Virus record (IMG/VR): IMGVR_UViG_3300020045_006640
Location: 1 to 50,447 of that record
Direction: 5' to 3' (one strand)
DNA length: 50,447 nt
Source of the DNA: a virus
Lineage: Duplodnaviria > Caudoviricetes
Part shown: one piece after another, positions 19,637 to 27,375 of the stretch
Layout: every line of letters starts with the position of its first letter
Position numbering within the stretch: position 1 is the first letter of the stretch
The notes under the pieces: generated by a model
Databases searched by the model: none
What the model was told of the DNA's origin: nothing
Seen by the model: only the letters and a program-made list of their open reading frames with translations
Position numbers and translations under genes: made by a program

Positions 19637-20485
19637 ATGTTCAAGACACTGAAGCCCGCTTTGCTCGCATCCGTCGCCCTGGTCACGCCCTACATGCCCT
19701 GGAAGGTCGTCAAGACCAAAGCGGATGACGGCACCGAAATTGAAGTGATCGCCACCAAGGATGGCAACCCCGTCTGGCTGGACAGCAACGGTTCTGAAAG
19801 CGTCATGGCCGGTGACACGGTTTCCCGGCTGAACAAGGAAGCCAAGGACAACCGCGAACGTGCTGAAGCCGCTGAAGGCAAGTTGAAGCCGTTTGAAGGT
19901 CTTGACCCTGCAAAGGCGCGTGACGCGCTTGCACTGGCTGATAAGATCGACAAGAAACAGCTTCTTGACGCTGGCAAGGTCGATGAACTGACGGCACAGA
20001 TCACCAACCAGTTCACGGAAAAACTGACGGCTGCTGAAAAGCGCACCCAGGAACTTACCGGAACGCTCAACCAACGCACGCTTGAAGCACAGTTCGGCAA
20101 GTCCGAATTCGTCAAGGACAAACTCGCGTTGCCGATGGATGTTGCACAAACCTATTTTTCGCGCAACATCAAGTTCGATGACAACGGCAATATGGCGTTT
20201 GAATATTCGGACGGCAACCCGATCATGTCCAAGGAAAAGATCGGTGAAAAGGCCGGTTTTGATGAAGCCATGTCGCTGCTGGTCGAAAGCAATCCGAACC
20301 GTGACGCGCTGCTGAAGGGCGGAAATCACCAGGGCAGCGGCAACAATGGCGGCGGCGGTGGCGGCAAGCCGGGCGTCAAGACCTATCGGCGCAGTGAAGT
20401 TGACAAGATGGCTGTTGACAATCCCCAGGCCATGTCCGCTGCTATGGCCGAAGTGAACGCCGGTACGGCTCAGCTAGTCGAATAA
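19637..20485 (+). CDS. Capsid scaffolding protein (DUF6651-like)
   Basis: DGNPVW.D..G.E, coiled coil, GLDPAKARDAL, LLDAGKVDE, Gly-rich C-terminus; between portal and capsid. Confidence 0.8.
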   Translation: MFKTLKPALLASVALVTPYMPWKVVKTKADDGTEIEVIATKDGNPVWLDSNGSESVMAGDTVSRLNKEAKDNRERAEAAEGKLKPFEGLDPAKARDALALADKIDKKQLLDAGKVDELTAQITNQFTEKLTAAEKRTQELTGTLNQRTLEAQFGKSEFVKDKLALPMDVAQTYFSRNIKFDDNGNMAFEYSDGNPIMSKEKIGEKAGFDEAMSLLVESNPNRDALLKGGNHQGSGNNGGGGGGKPGVKTYRRSEVDKMAVDNPQAMSAAMAEVNAGTAQLVE

Positions 20486-20513
20486 CACGAAATCCCCCTA
20501 GTGGGTTGATCAG

Positions 20514-20557
20514 ACGGTGCGCTAGGTTCGCGGGTTCCTAGCGCACCGTTCTGTTTT
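20514..20557. terminator. Terminator between convergent genes
   Basis: 13-bp stem ACGGTGCGCTAGG/CCTAGCGCACCGT with a T-rich tail. Confidence 0.75.
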
Positions 20558-20807
20558 ACGGCTTCATTCCCCTTTTTGCATAAAGCGCAACACCATCAAA
20601 AATCATGTTGCGCGGAAATTGTTTGTACGTGTGCAGATTGCAACCATACACTTTCGGGATTTCAACAATTACCTGTTCAATGCCGCGCGACGGCTTGACG
20701 TGCGGACTGTGAAAGGCGGCGTGGATCAGTTCGGGCGTTGGTGCCTCAACCGTGCATTGCCCGGTGATCATGTTGCAGATCATGAATGTTGTGTGTTGCT
20801 CGGTCAT
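20556..20807 (-). CDS. Hypothetical protein (antisense cassette 1)
   Basis: MTEQHTTF..., ATGA-coupled to upstream gene. Confidence 0.55.
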   Translation of the reverse strand: MTEQHTTFMICNMITGQCTVEAPTPELIHAAFHSPHVKPSRGIEQVIVEIPKVYGCNLHTYKQFPRNMIFDGVALYAKRGMKP

Positions 20808-20932
20808 GCTGAAAGCCGATCCACTTCCTTTTGCCAAAAGGCAATTTCTTCGGACCATGAAAATTTACCTTTGTACGGCGGTTTTGCCTTGTAATATGCA
20901 AGGCGACTTTCAGCGTATTGCAATTCTGACAT
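20804..20932 (-). CDS. Hypothetical 42-aa protein (antisense cassette 1)
   Basis: Not in the track; TTTGGAG RBS; MSELQYAESRLAYYKAKPPYKGKFSWSEEIAFWQKEVDRLSA. Confidence 0.55.
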   Translation of the reverse strand: MSELQYAESRLAYYKAKPPYKGKFSWSEEIAFWQKEVDRLSA

Positions 20933-20962
20933 GTCGGGCACTCCAAACGGGTTGATTGCTGA

Positions 20963-20991
20963 TCATTACAACCCGTTGCGGGCCGTGTCAA
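20963..20991 (-). promoter_or_regulatory. Repeated early-type promoter P1
   Basis: TTGACA-cggcccgcaacgggttg-TAATGA (17-bp spacer). Confidence 0.7.
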
Positions 20992-21057
20992 GCGTCATCC
21001 CCAAGATTTATGATCACCAACCGTTGACAGCCAACCGTGTTACATAGTAACGATGAT

Positions 21058-21108
21058 TTGCCGTGCTTGTTCGGATGGACAGCGGCGCTAGGGCTGGATG
21101 GTCCGAAA
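21058..21108 (+). promoter_or_regulatory. Twin GGAU-loop hairpin 5' leader element (copy 2, capsid)
   Basis: TGTTC-GGAT-GGACA and GGGCT-GGAT-GGTCC; TTGACA at 21024 upstream. Confidence 0.55.
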
Positions 21109-21147
21109 CGTTGTTAGAAATTCAACACAAGACATGGAACCTTTGAA

Positions 21148-22404
21148 ATGATCCGCACCACCGTTCGTGGCACCCGCGCCCAGGCGCGCAACGCCGTTCT
21201 TCTTTCCGGGCTCGCAATGCCCGCGCTCGCTCTTGGCGCACCGCTCGAAATGACCGGCGCTTATGCCAACACGCTGACCCGTCTGCTTCCCGATCTTTAT
21301 GCCGCGCTGAACTATGTTTCGCGTGAACTGATCGGCTTTCTGCCCGGCGTGAACCGCAACACTGGTGCCGAACGTGCCGCTGTTGGCCAGTCGGTTGTTT
21401 GGCCCATCGCGCCCCAGGCCAACCTTGTCGCCATTGCCCCGGCTATGCAGGTTTCCGAACCGGCTGATCAGGTCATCGGCAACAGTTCGATCACGCTGAC
21501 CCAGGCTTATGCGGCTGAATTCGGCTGGAATGGTGAAGAACAGCGCGGCCTGAACACCGGCCCTGGCTATCTGACGATCAATCAGCAGCAGATGGCCCAG
21601 GCTTTCCGCAAGCTGGCCAACCAGATCGAAAGCGATGTTGCTGGCGGGCTGTATATCGCTGCCTCGCGTGCTTTCGGCACCGCTGGCACGACGCCGTTCG
21701 CAACTGACCTGTCCGCATCCGCTGGCGTCAAGAAAATCCTTCTTGATAACGGTGCCGATCCGTCCGCTCAGTCGCTTGTGATCGACACCACCGCTGGCGC
21801 GAACATGCGCAACCTGCTGAACCTGACGCGCGTCAATGAAGCCGGTTCGCAAATGACGCTTCGCGATGGTGAACTTCTGCCGCTGCATGGCTTCAGCATC
21901 CGTGAAAGCGGTCAGTCGAAGTTCCATACCAAGGGCACCGGCACGCTCTACACCACCAGCGGCACCGCGCTTCCGGTCGGCACCAAGTCCATTCCGCTGA
22001 TCACCGGTTCCGGTACGGTCAAGGCTGGCGACGTGGTGACGTTCGCTGGCGATACGAACAAGTACGTTGTTGGCACGGGCGTTGCGGCTCCTGGCACCAT
22101 CGTTCTGAACGGCCCTGGCCTTCGCGTGGCAATCCCTGCCGCTGCAACCGCCATGACCATCGGCAACAGCTACACGGCCAACGTTGCCTTTGCTCAGTCG
22201 TCGTTCGGGTTCGCCTCGCGTCCGCCCGCAATGCCCGCTGAAGGCGATCTGCGCATGGACAGCTTCCTGATCACGGATGCACGCAGCGGCCTGACCTTTG
22301 AAGTTTCGGTGTGGCCCGGCTCGCGCAAGGTCAAGTATGAAATCGCCCTGGTTTGGGGTTGGGCACCGCTCAACTCGGACGGTATCGCACTGCTTCTTGG
22401 TTAA
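21148..22404 (+). CDS. Major capsid protein (P22 coat-like family)
   Basis: ANTLT.L.P.LY.AL..VSREL.GF, QAFRKLANQIE, TD.RSGLTFEV, WG; strong codon bias; follows scaffold. Confidence 0.88.
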   Translation: MIRTTVRGTRAQARNAVLLSGLAMPALALGAPLEMTGAYANTLTRLLPDLYAALNYVSRELIGFLPGVNRNTGAERAAVGQSVVWPIAPQANLVAIAPAMQVSEPADQVIGNSSITLTQAYAAEFGWNGEEQRGLNTGPGYLTINQQQMAQAFRKLANQIESDVAGGLYIAASRAFGTAGTTPFATDLSASAGVKKILLDNGADPSAQSLVIDTTAGANMRNLLNLTRVNEAGSQMTLRDGELLPLHGFSIRESGQSKFHTKGTGTLYTTSGTALPVGTKSIPLITGSGTVKAGDVVTFAGDTNKYVVGTGVAAPGTIVLNGPGLRVAIPAAATAMTIGNSYTANVAFAQSSFGFASRPPAMPAEGDLRMDSFLITDARSGLTFEVSVWPGSRKVKYEIALVWGWAPLNSDGIALLLG

Positions 22405-22431
22405 TCGTTCCGCCAATACCGATTAACCCTG

Positions 22432-22460
22432 ACCCGCCCGGATTGATCCGGGCGGGTTTT
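22432..22460 (+). terminator. Rho-independent terminator
   Basis: ACCCGCCCGGAT/ATCCGGGCGGGT plus T run. Confidence 0.8.
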
Positions 22461-22461
22461 C

Positions 22462-22620
22462 TTATTCCGCACCAATCCAATCAAACCAGATCATTGCCAT
22501 CCGTTCGGCAGTTGCCTTGGCTTCAAGTTCGGTTGCAAAACGCGGTGCAAAACCGCTGGCATGCTTTGCCGGGTTGCGTGCCCATTCGAGCGGGCGAATG
22601 TGTTCGATGATCTTTTTCAT
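22462..22620 (-). CDS. Hypothetical protein (cassette 2)
   Basis: MKKIIEH..., ATGA overlap. Confidence 0.55.
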   Translation of the reverse strand: MKKIIEHIRPLEWARNPAKHASGFAPRFATELEAKATAERMAMIWFDWIGAE

Positions 22621-23018
22621 TCCAAAATCTCCCAAGCGCGTTTGACCTTGCGCCGTCCATAAACCGAAATCGGTTTGCCGTGATTTTTTGTGTTGTCGGC
22701 AATCAATCCGTCTTTCAGCACGAAATGATGGCCGCTGATATTGATCAGATAGACGCGACCGGGTGCGGTGTGCCATTCCGCAAAACCGTGAACCAACATA
22801 CCACAAGCGCGGCATGGTTTGAACTTGGTTCCAAATGCTGCCATAGCTTGCGGCAACTGATGTGCAAAGGTTCTGCCTTTCCAGTTGGCAGAATGGTTAT
22901 TTTTTTCAACAAACCAATTCCAAACCTTTCGGTACGATTGACCCGTGACGATGGCAACAGCCGTAACACCACAATTCGGCAAGCCAGCAACAAAACCGGC
23001 AGGGCGTTCAAGTGTCAT
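22617..23018 (-). CDS. Putative papain-fold peptidase-like protein (cassette 2)
   Basis: NCGVTAVA...Y..V...SGHHFVLKDG.IAD; AGGAG RBS. Confidence 0.55.
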   Translation of the reverse strand: MTLERPAGFVAGLPNCGVTAVAIVTGQSYRKVWNWFVEKNNHSANWKGRTFAHQLPQAMAAFGTKFKPCRACGMLVHGFAEWHTAPGRVYLINISGHHFVLKDGLIADNTKNHGKPISVYGRRKVKRAWEILE

Positions 23019-23044
23019 GCGGATAACTCCTAATCAATGCAACC

Positions 23045-23073
23045 ACTATACAACCCGTTGCGGGCGCTGTCAA
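23045..23073 (-). promoter_or_regulatory. Repeated promoter P2
   Basis: TTGACA-gcgcccgcaacgggttg-TATAGT. Confidence 0.8.
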
Positions 23074-23152
23074 GCGTCAATCGTGATTTGCAACCTTTGG
23101 TGCCCGTGGTACGTTGACGTTGCATCGTCACTTCAAACAGGGATTTTTCCAA

Positions 23153-23434
23153 ATGACCAAAAATGCAAAAGGTGATCTGGTCACGCTGATGCGTGATCCT
23201 GCCGCACCATCGGGCGCAATCGATCTGATCGATATCACTGCCGCCAAGCCCAAGGCAAAGACCGGCTCGCAGTACTTCAGCGCCAAGATCAACGGCAAGT
23301 TCTACGTGGTCGATGGCCACATGAACCCGGTCAATCAGACCAGCTATGACGGCGAGCAGGAAGCCCAGGACGCGGCGGCAAAGCGCAACACGGACAGCGA
23401 GCAGATCGACTTGCCGATCCAGACCACCAACTAA
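23153..23434 (+). CDS. Hypothetical protein
   Basis: Codon bias like highly expressed genes; AGGGA RBS. Confidence 0.65.
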   Translation: MTKNAKGDLVTLMRDPAAPSGAIDLIDITAAKPKAKTGSQYFSAKINGKFYVVDGHMNPVNQTSYDGEQEAQDAAAKRNTDSEQIDLPIQTTN

Positions 23435-23507
23435 AAACCAGCCGGGCGGGCTTGACTTAACGGCCAAACCCGCCCATGCCTATCACCCATCCGAAGGATG
23501 GAAACCC

Positions 23508-23987
23508 ATGCCGACATTGATCGCCAAAATTCGCCGTGTTGTGCCTTCTGTGCCATCGGACGGTGAAGAATGGATTATTTCGATTGCTGTCCTGGCAGTC
23601 GGAATTCTTTGGCTGGTGTTCCCTGCGACGTTTTTGCGTCCGGATATGGACGAATTTCTGGATATCATGTCCGCCCGGCTTTGGACAACTTCAGCAATCA
23701 TGATTGGCCTTGTCAGTTGTGTTGCGATTGTTGCAAACAGTCAGGCACCAAGAGTTGCAGGGCTTTTGCGGATTGGCGCAAATCTTGCGCGGTTGACCTT
23801 GTTCGGTGCGTTCATCGGGCGTTCAATTGCAGCATCACAATTCGATCTTTTTTCAGCGTCAGTCGGGATTGTATGGTATTCCGCTTTTTTTGCCTTAGAC
23901 ATGCGGAATGTCATGCAATCATTTGCAGAAACCTTTAATGCTTTCCGGAAAGTCTATCGTGTCAGACCTACTACGTTGGTTCGGTGA
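23508..23987 (+). CDS. Multi-pass membrane protein
   Basis: About four hydrophobic segments. Confidence 0.65.
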   Translation: MPTLIAKIRRVVPSVPSDGEEWIISIAVLAVGILWLVFPATFLRPDMDEFLDIMSARLWTTSAIMIGLVSCVAIVANSQAPRVAGLLRIGANLARLTLFGAFIGRSIAASQFDLFSASVGIVWYSAFFALDMRNVMQSFAETFNAFRKVYRVRPTTLVR

Positions 23988-24330
23988 ACAATCCGAAGCT
24001 GTAAAACTTGCATTGATCGGTTTAACTGGTGGCGTTTCAGCCGGTTTTTGGGCGGCAATTCGTGAATGGAAAAAACCAGTTCTGAATGCGCAACCGGCGG
24101 TTGTGCATACAACGGCAACGGCACCGCGTGCGGCAGATGATCCGGTTTTGCTCTTGCTGAATGAAGTTGCAGCTATGAACGTGTGCCTTGCACAGTTGCT
24201 TGCTGTCACCGTCGCACAGGAACCATCGCAGTCGGCACGGACGGCAAATGTGATTGAAGAAATCACGGCTTTAAAAAGTGAAATTTATTTGCTAAGAAAC
24301 ATCATCAATCAACGTGGAATAGGAATGTGA
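23959..24330 (+). CDS. Membrane-anchored protein with coiled-coil C-terminus
   Basis: GTG start; LALIGLTGGVSAGFWAAI hydrophobic segment. Confidence 0.55.
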   Translation: MSDLLRWFGEQSEAVKLALIGLTGGVSAGFWAAIREWKKPVLNAQPAVVHTTATAPRAADDPVLLLLNEVAAMNVCLAQLLAVTVAQEPSQSARTANVIEEITALKSEIYLLRNIINQRGIGM

Positions 24331-24331
24331 A

Positions 24332-24832
24332 ATGATCCGCGCACTTCTCGCAAGCACCGCATATGTTGCCCTGGTTTCTGCCTTTGCCGACGAAACGCCG
24401 AATTCCGTCCAGCTTCGCAAGATGCCGCCCAATGGCGGCAATCAGGTGAACGGCCCTGAAGTGGTTGAAGTGCTGACGGTCAACACCGATGCCGGTCCGG
24501 TCCGGATCAATGCCAGCGACTATGACCCGGCTGTGCATTCCTTGGTTGATGGCCAGGAAGCACCGGCAACCGATGCCGCTCCTGAAGCCCCTGCCGCGCC
24601 ACCGGCACCGCCCGTCGCTGTTCCGCCTTCCAACGTGCCGCCCAACCCTGCCGCGCCGCCCGCTGGCGTCCCTGCACCGCCCGCACCATCGGAACAGGCC
24701 AAGCCTGTTGAAAAGTTCGTCACCAAAACCGGCAAGAAATTTTTCGTGACGGATGCTGACGGCAAGCCGATCGATCCGGCTCATGAAGGTTACGGCACCG
24801 AAGCCGAAGCCCAGGATGCCGCCAAGGCTTGA
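24332..24832 (+). CDS. Pro/Ala-rich probable virion protein with N-terminal leader
   Basis: MIRALLASTAYVALVSAFAD; VRINASDYDPAVH motif; head-module position. Confidence 0.7.
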   Translation: MIRALLASTAYVALVSAFADETPNSVQLRKMPPNGGNQVNGPEVVEVLTVNTDAGPVRINASDYDPAVHSLVDGQEAPATDAAPEAPAAPPAPPVAVPPSNVPPNPAAPPAGVPAPPAPSEQAKPVEKFVTKTGKKFFVTDADGKPIDPAHEGYGTEAEAQDAAKA

Positions 24833-24839
24833 CGATACC

Positions 24840-24866
24840 AACCGCCCGGCTCATAACCGGGCGGTT
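24840..24866. terminator. Hairpin / probable terminator
   Basis: AACCGCCCGG-N7-CCGGGCGGTT. Confidence 0.55.
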
Positions 24867-24889
24867 ACTCTTTTCAGGGGCGTGCGGTC

Positions 24890-25396
24890 ATGGCTGACAA
24901 TTACGGAACGGTTGCGGGCGCGGACGCATATCACCTTGCGCGCGGCAACATCGTTTGGGCTGGCCTGGACGACACTGACGAAAAGTTGCCAGCCCTGTTG
25001 CGCGCGTCCGAATGGCTTGACGGCAATTATCGGTCGCTGTTCCCCGGCTGGAAAGTTGGAAGCCGCGATCAGGTCCGTGAATGGCCGCGCAATTGGGCGG
25101 TGGACAATGAAGGCTGGTCAATCCCGTCAACCGTCATCCCTGGCGAAGTCGAACGGGCGACCTATGAAGCCGCATTGCGTGAGGCAATCCAGCCCGGCGC
25201 GCTGGCATTGGACTTCACCGGCAATGATGTGATCAAGCAAGCATCGGTTGACGGTGCCGTGTCGGTGACGTTCGGTGGTGACGGCTCGGTGTCCGGTGCA
25301 CAGTTGAGCATGCCAGCGGTTGACGCGATCCTTGCGCCGATCCTGACAGGCGGTAACGGTGCCAGCGCCATCAGCGGTTCGCGCGTTCGATCCTAA
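24890..25396 (+). CDS. Head-tail adaptor (DnaT-like family)
   Basis: YGTVAGADAYH..RG, ALLRASEWLD, Q.REWPR, IP.EVERATYEAAL. Confidence 0.8.
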   Translation: MADNYGTVAGADAYHLARGNIVWAGLDDTDEKLPALLRASEWLDGNYRSLFPGWKVGSRDQVREWPRNWAVDNEGWSIPSTVIPGEVERATYEAALREAIQPGALALDFTGNDVIKQASVDGAVSVTFGGDGSVSGAQLSMPAVDAILAPILTGGNGASAISGSRVRS

Positions 25397-25671
25397 ACGT
25401 TGCGCGCTCGATGTTCGGCGCGCATTGCCTCGTTGTAAATGCTCGATGACTTGGCATGAATTAGGTTGAATGTGTTGAACGTCAATTGGCGTGGCGGCTC
25501 GATGAATACGACTTCAGCCAGCGCATATTCACCAATTGGAATTGTACTGACAACCAATCCTTTGCCGCGATCCATTGTTGTCGGCCAACCCTTTGCGGCG
25601 GACGGATCGATTGAACGCAAAAAGGTGGCGCTAAGCACCACCCAATCGCCGGGTTTGATTTCCCCTTTCAC
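25393..25671 (-). CDS. Hypothetical protein (cassette 3)
   Basis: GTGA-coupled. Confidence 0.6.
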   Translation of the reverse strand: MKGEIKPGDWVVLSATFLRSIDPSAAKGWPTTMDRGKGLVVSTIPIGEYALAEVVFIEPPRQLTFNTFNLIHAKSSSIYNEAMRAEHRARNV

Positions 25672-25931
25672 TTGTTGATGAACCGATAAGCCATTGCGCC
25701 GAACTTCTGTGCGTTTTCCATGCTGGCAAAATTACCAACCGTGTAAGACTGCACTTCACTGTCAACATACAGATCAGGTGCATTTTCGAGAACCTGAACA
25801 TATTCACCGGTGCGGTTGTCGCGTGCGAACATTTTGATACCTTCAACCGATTTGGTATCTTTCCAAGCCAGTTCAGCGGTGATGTTTGCGGGGAACTTGA
25901 AGCGGGCACCGAGTTCGTAATGAGTGGTCAT
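25668..25931 (-). CDS. Hypothetical protein (cassette 3)
   Basis: AAGGA RBS before MTTHYELG. Confidence 0.6.
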   Translation of the reverse strand: MTTHYELGARFKFPANITAELAWKDTKSVEGIKMFARDNRTGEYVQVLENAPDLYVDSEVQSYTVGNFASMENAQKFGAMAYRFINK

Positions 25932-25967
25932 TTTTGAATTCCTTGGGTTTGTTCGTTTCGATGATTT

Positions 25968-25996
25968 GTTATCGCACAGCATTCAACCCGTTGCAA
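25968..25996 (-). promoter_or_regulatory. Repeated promoter P3
   Basis: TTGCAA-cgggttgaatgctgtgc-GATAAC. Confidence 0.6.
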
Positions 25997-26082
25997 CCCG
26001 TTATTTCAGAAATCGGCATAAAAAAAAATGACCCGCCCAATTAAGGGCGAGCCATCCAACATCCGGGAGGATGAACCAGGGA

Positions 26083-26583
26083 TTACTTGGTGCGGAAAAT
26101 CCGGACGCCGACGCCCTTGTTATCCGTCGCATCAACATCGTAATGCTCGAACTTGCGGGTTTCGGTATACTTGGCGACAGTCTTGCGGGTTTCCTGGCCA
26201 GCCTTGTTCTTGCCGATCTTGACAGTCGTCACAGGGTTGCCGCTGGCGTCCAGTTCGGGCGTGCGGAAATTCTTGTTGAACGTGTGCATGGTCGAATTCA
26301 GCGAACGCTTGGTCTTGCCCGCGACATGGAAAGACTGGCCGACTTCCAGGGCTTCAATCTTTTCCTTGTACGGCGATGCGCCGCCACCCTTGCCACCCTT
26401 GCGGGCGGGAACGGCAATGCCGGTTTCGATTTCGCCAACGGTGCCAGCGGCAACCGGATTGACCGGTGCAGCATTGCCAGCGTCAGCAACCGGCACGGGC
26501 GGAACTTCCGAACCCTTGGCAGCGAACGGAACGGACAGCGCGATCAGCGCGGCGGTGGAAGTGAGAATTGCAGTGCGGTTCAT
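26083..26583 (-). CDS. Basic phage DNA-binding-like protein with N-terminal leader
   Basis: AGGA RBS; MNRTAILTSTAALIALSVPFAA; IETGIAVP...PY....LEVGQSFHV...GVRIFRT; minus-strand terminator-like hairpin and T run at about 26019-26050. Confidence 0.7.
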   Translation of the reverse strand: MNRTAILTSTAALIALSVPFAAKGSEVPPVPVADAGNAAPVNPVAAGTVGEIETGIAVPARKGGKGGGASPYKEKIEALEVGQSFHVAGKTKRSLNSTMHTFNKNFRTPELDASGNPVTTVKIGKNKAGQETRKTVAKYTETRKFEHYDVDATDNKGVGVRIFRTK

Positions 26584-26668
26584 TTCGGGTTTCCTAGACG
26601 GTTTCAGGGTTCGGCGCTTTTGCGCCAGTGTCAAACAACTGCCGATTGTCGGCAACGCATGGGCATTC

Positions 26669-26854
26669 TTAGGCACGCTTGCGGATCATGTCAAACTGTT
26701 TTTCATGGGCTTCAGCAACAAATGTGTTGATTGCTGATTTGGCAAATCCCCGTTCGATTAGGCGGCTTATGGATTTTTCCAGCGATGGCGAGCCGTCCGC
26801 GCGATCATTCAGGACAGCGACGAATGCGGCAACGTATGTTTCCCGCGTTGTCAT
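26669..26854 (-). CDS. Hypothetical protein
   Basis: MTTRETYV..., ATGA-coupled to a 26-aa hydrophobic ORF at 26851-26931. Confidence 0.5.
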   Translation of the reverse strand: MTTRETYVAAFVAVLNDRADGSPSLEKSISRLIERGFAKSAINTFVAEAHEKQFDMIRKRA

Positions 26855-27000
26855 GCCAACCACATTATAAGCATGAAAAAGAACGAACCGATTGCGATGG
26901 CTTCAGCCAGTGTGCGAAGTGCGGTAAGCATTTGCGATTTTCCCGGTGTTGGTTTAGTGTCCGCATCATGCCTTTGAACCCGATAACAAATGGTTAAGTG

Positions 27001-27375
27001 ATGGTTGATTTCTATGGTCGAATGCAGGGGATTGCCACAAGCCTGTTGACGCGGTTCAACCAAGGGCTGATCGAGCTTTGCACCATCACGCCCGGCACCG
27101 GCCCGGCGCACAACCCTGGCACACCGTCAACCGCTTGGCGCACCGTCAAGGGCGCGGCGCGCGTGGCGCGTGGTTCGGTATTGCTGGAAACCGGCACGCT
27201 GGTTAAGACTGGCGATTTGCTGGTGACGGTGGCGGTGCTGGCTGATCCTGAACCCAAGCCGGGCGATCTGATCAGCTTTGCGGATCGCACAAAGCCCTGG
27301 CGGGTTATCCGGTTTGACAAGGTGCCAGCAACCGGCACCGCTGCCGCCTGGAAAATCTATGTGAGGCGCGGTTAA
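27001..27375 (+). CDS. Head-closure / head-tail joining protein
   Basis: FY..M...A..LL..F.QG, GTLVKTGDL, PKPGD; position. Confidence 0.75.
   Translation: MVDFYGRMQGIATSLLTRFNQGLIELCTITPGTGPAHNPGTPSTAWRTVKGAARVARGSVLLETGTLVKTGDLLVTVAVLADPEPKPGDLISFADRTKPWRVIRFDKVPATGTAAAWKIYVRRG

Noticed and set aside
21088-22416. 442-aa minus-strand ORF
   Set aside because: Antisense shadow of the codon-biased capsid gene; no recognisable motifs
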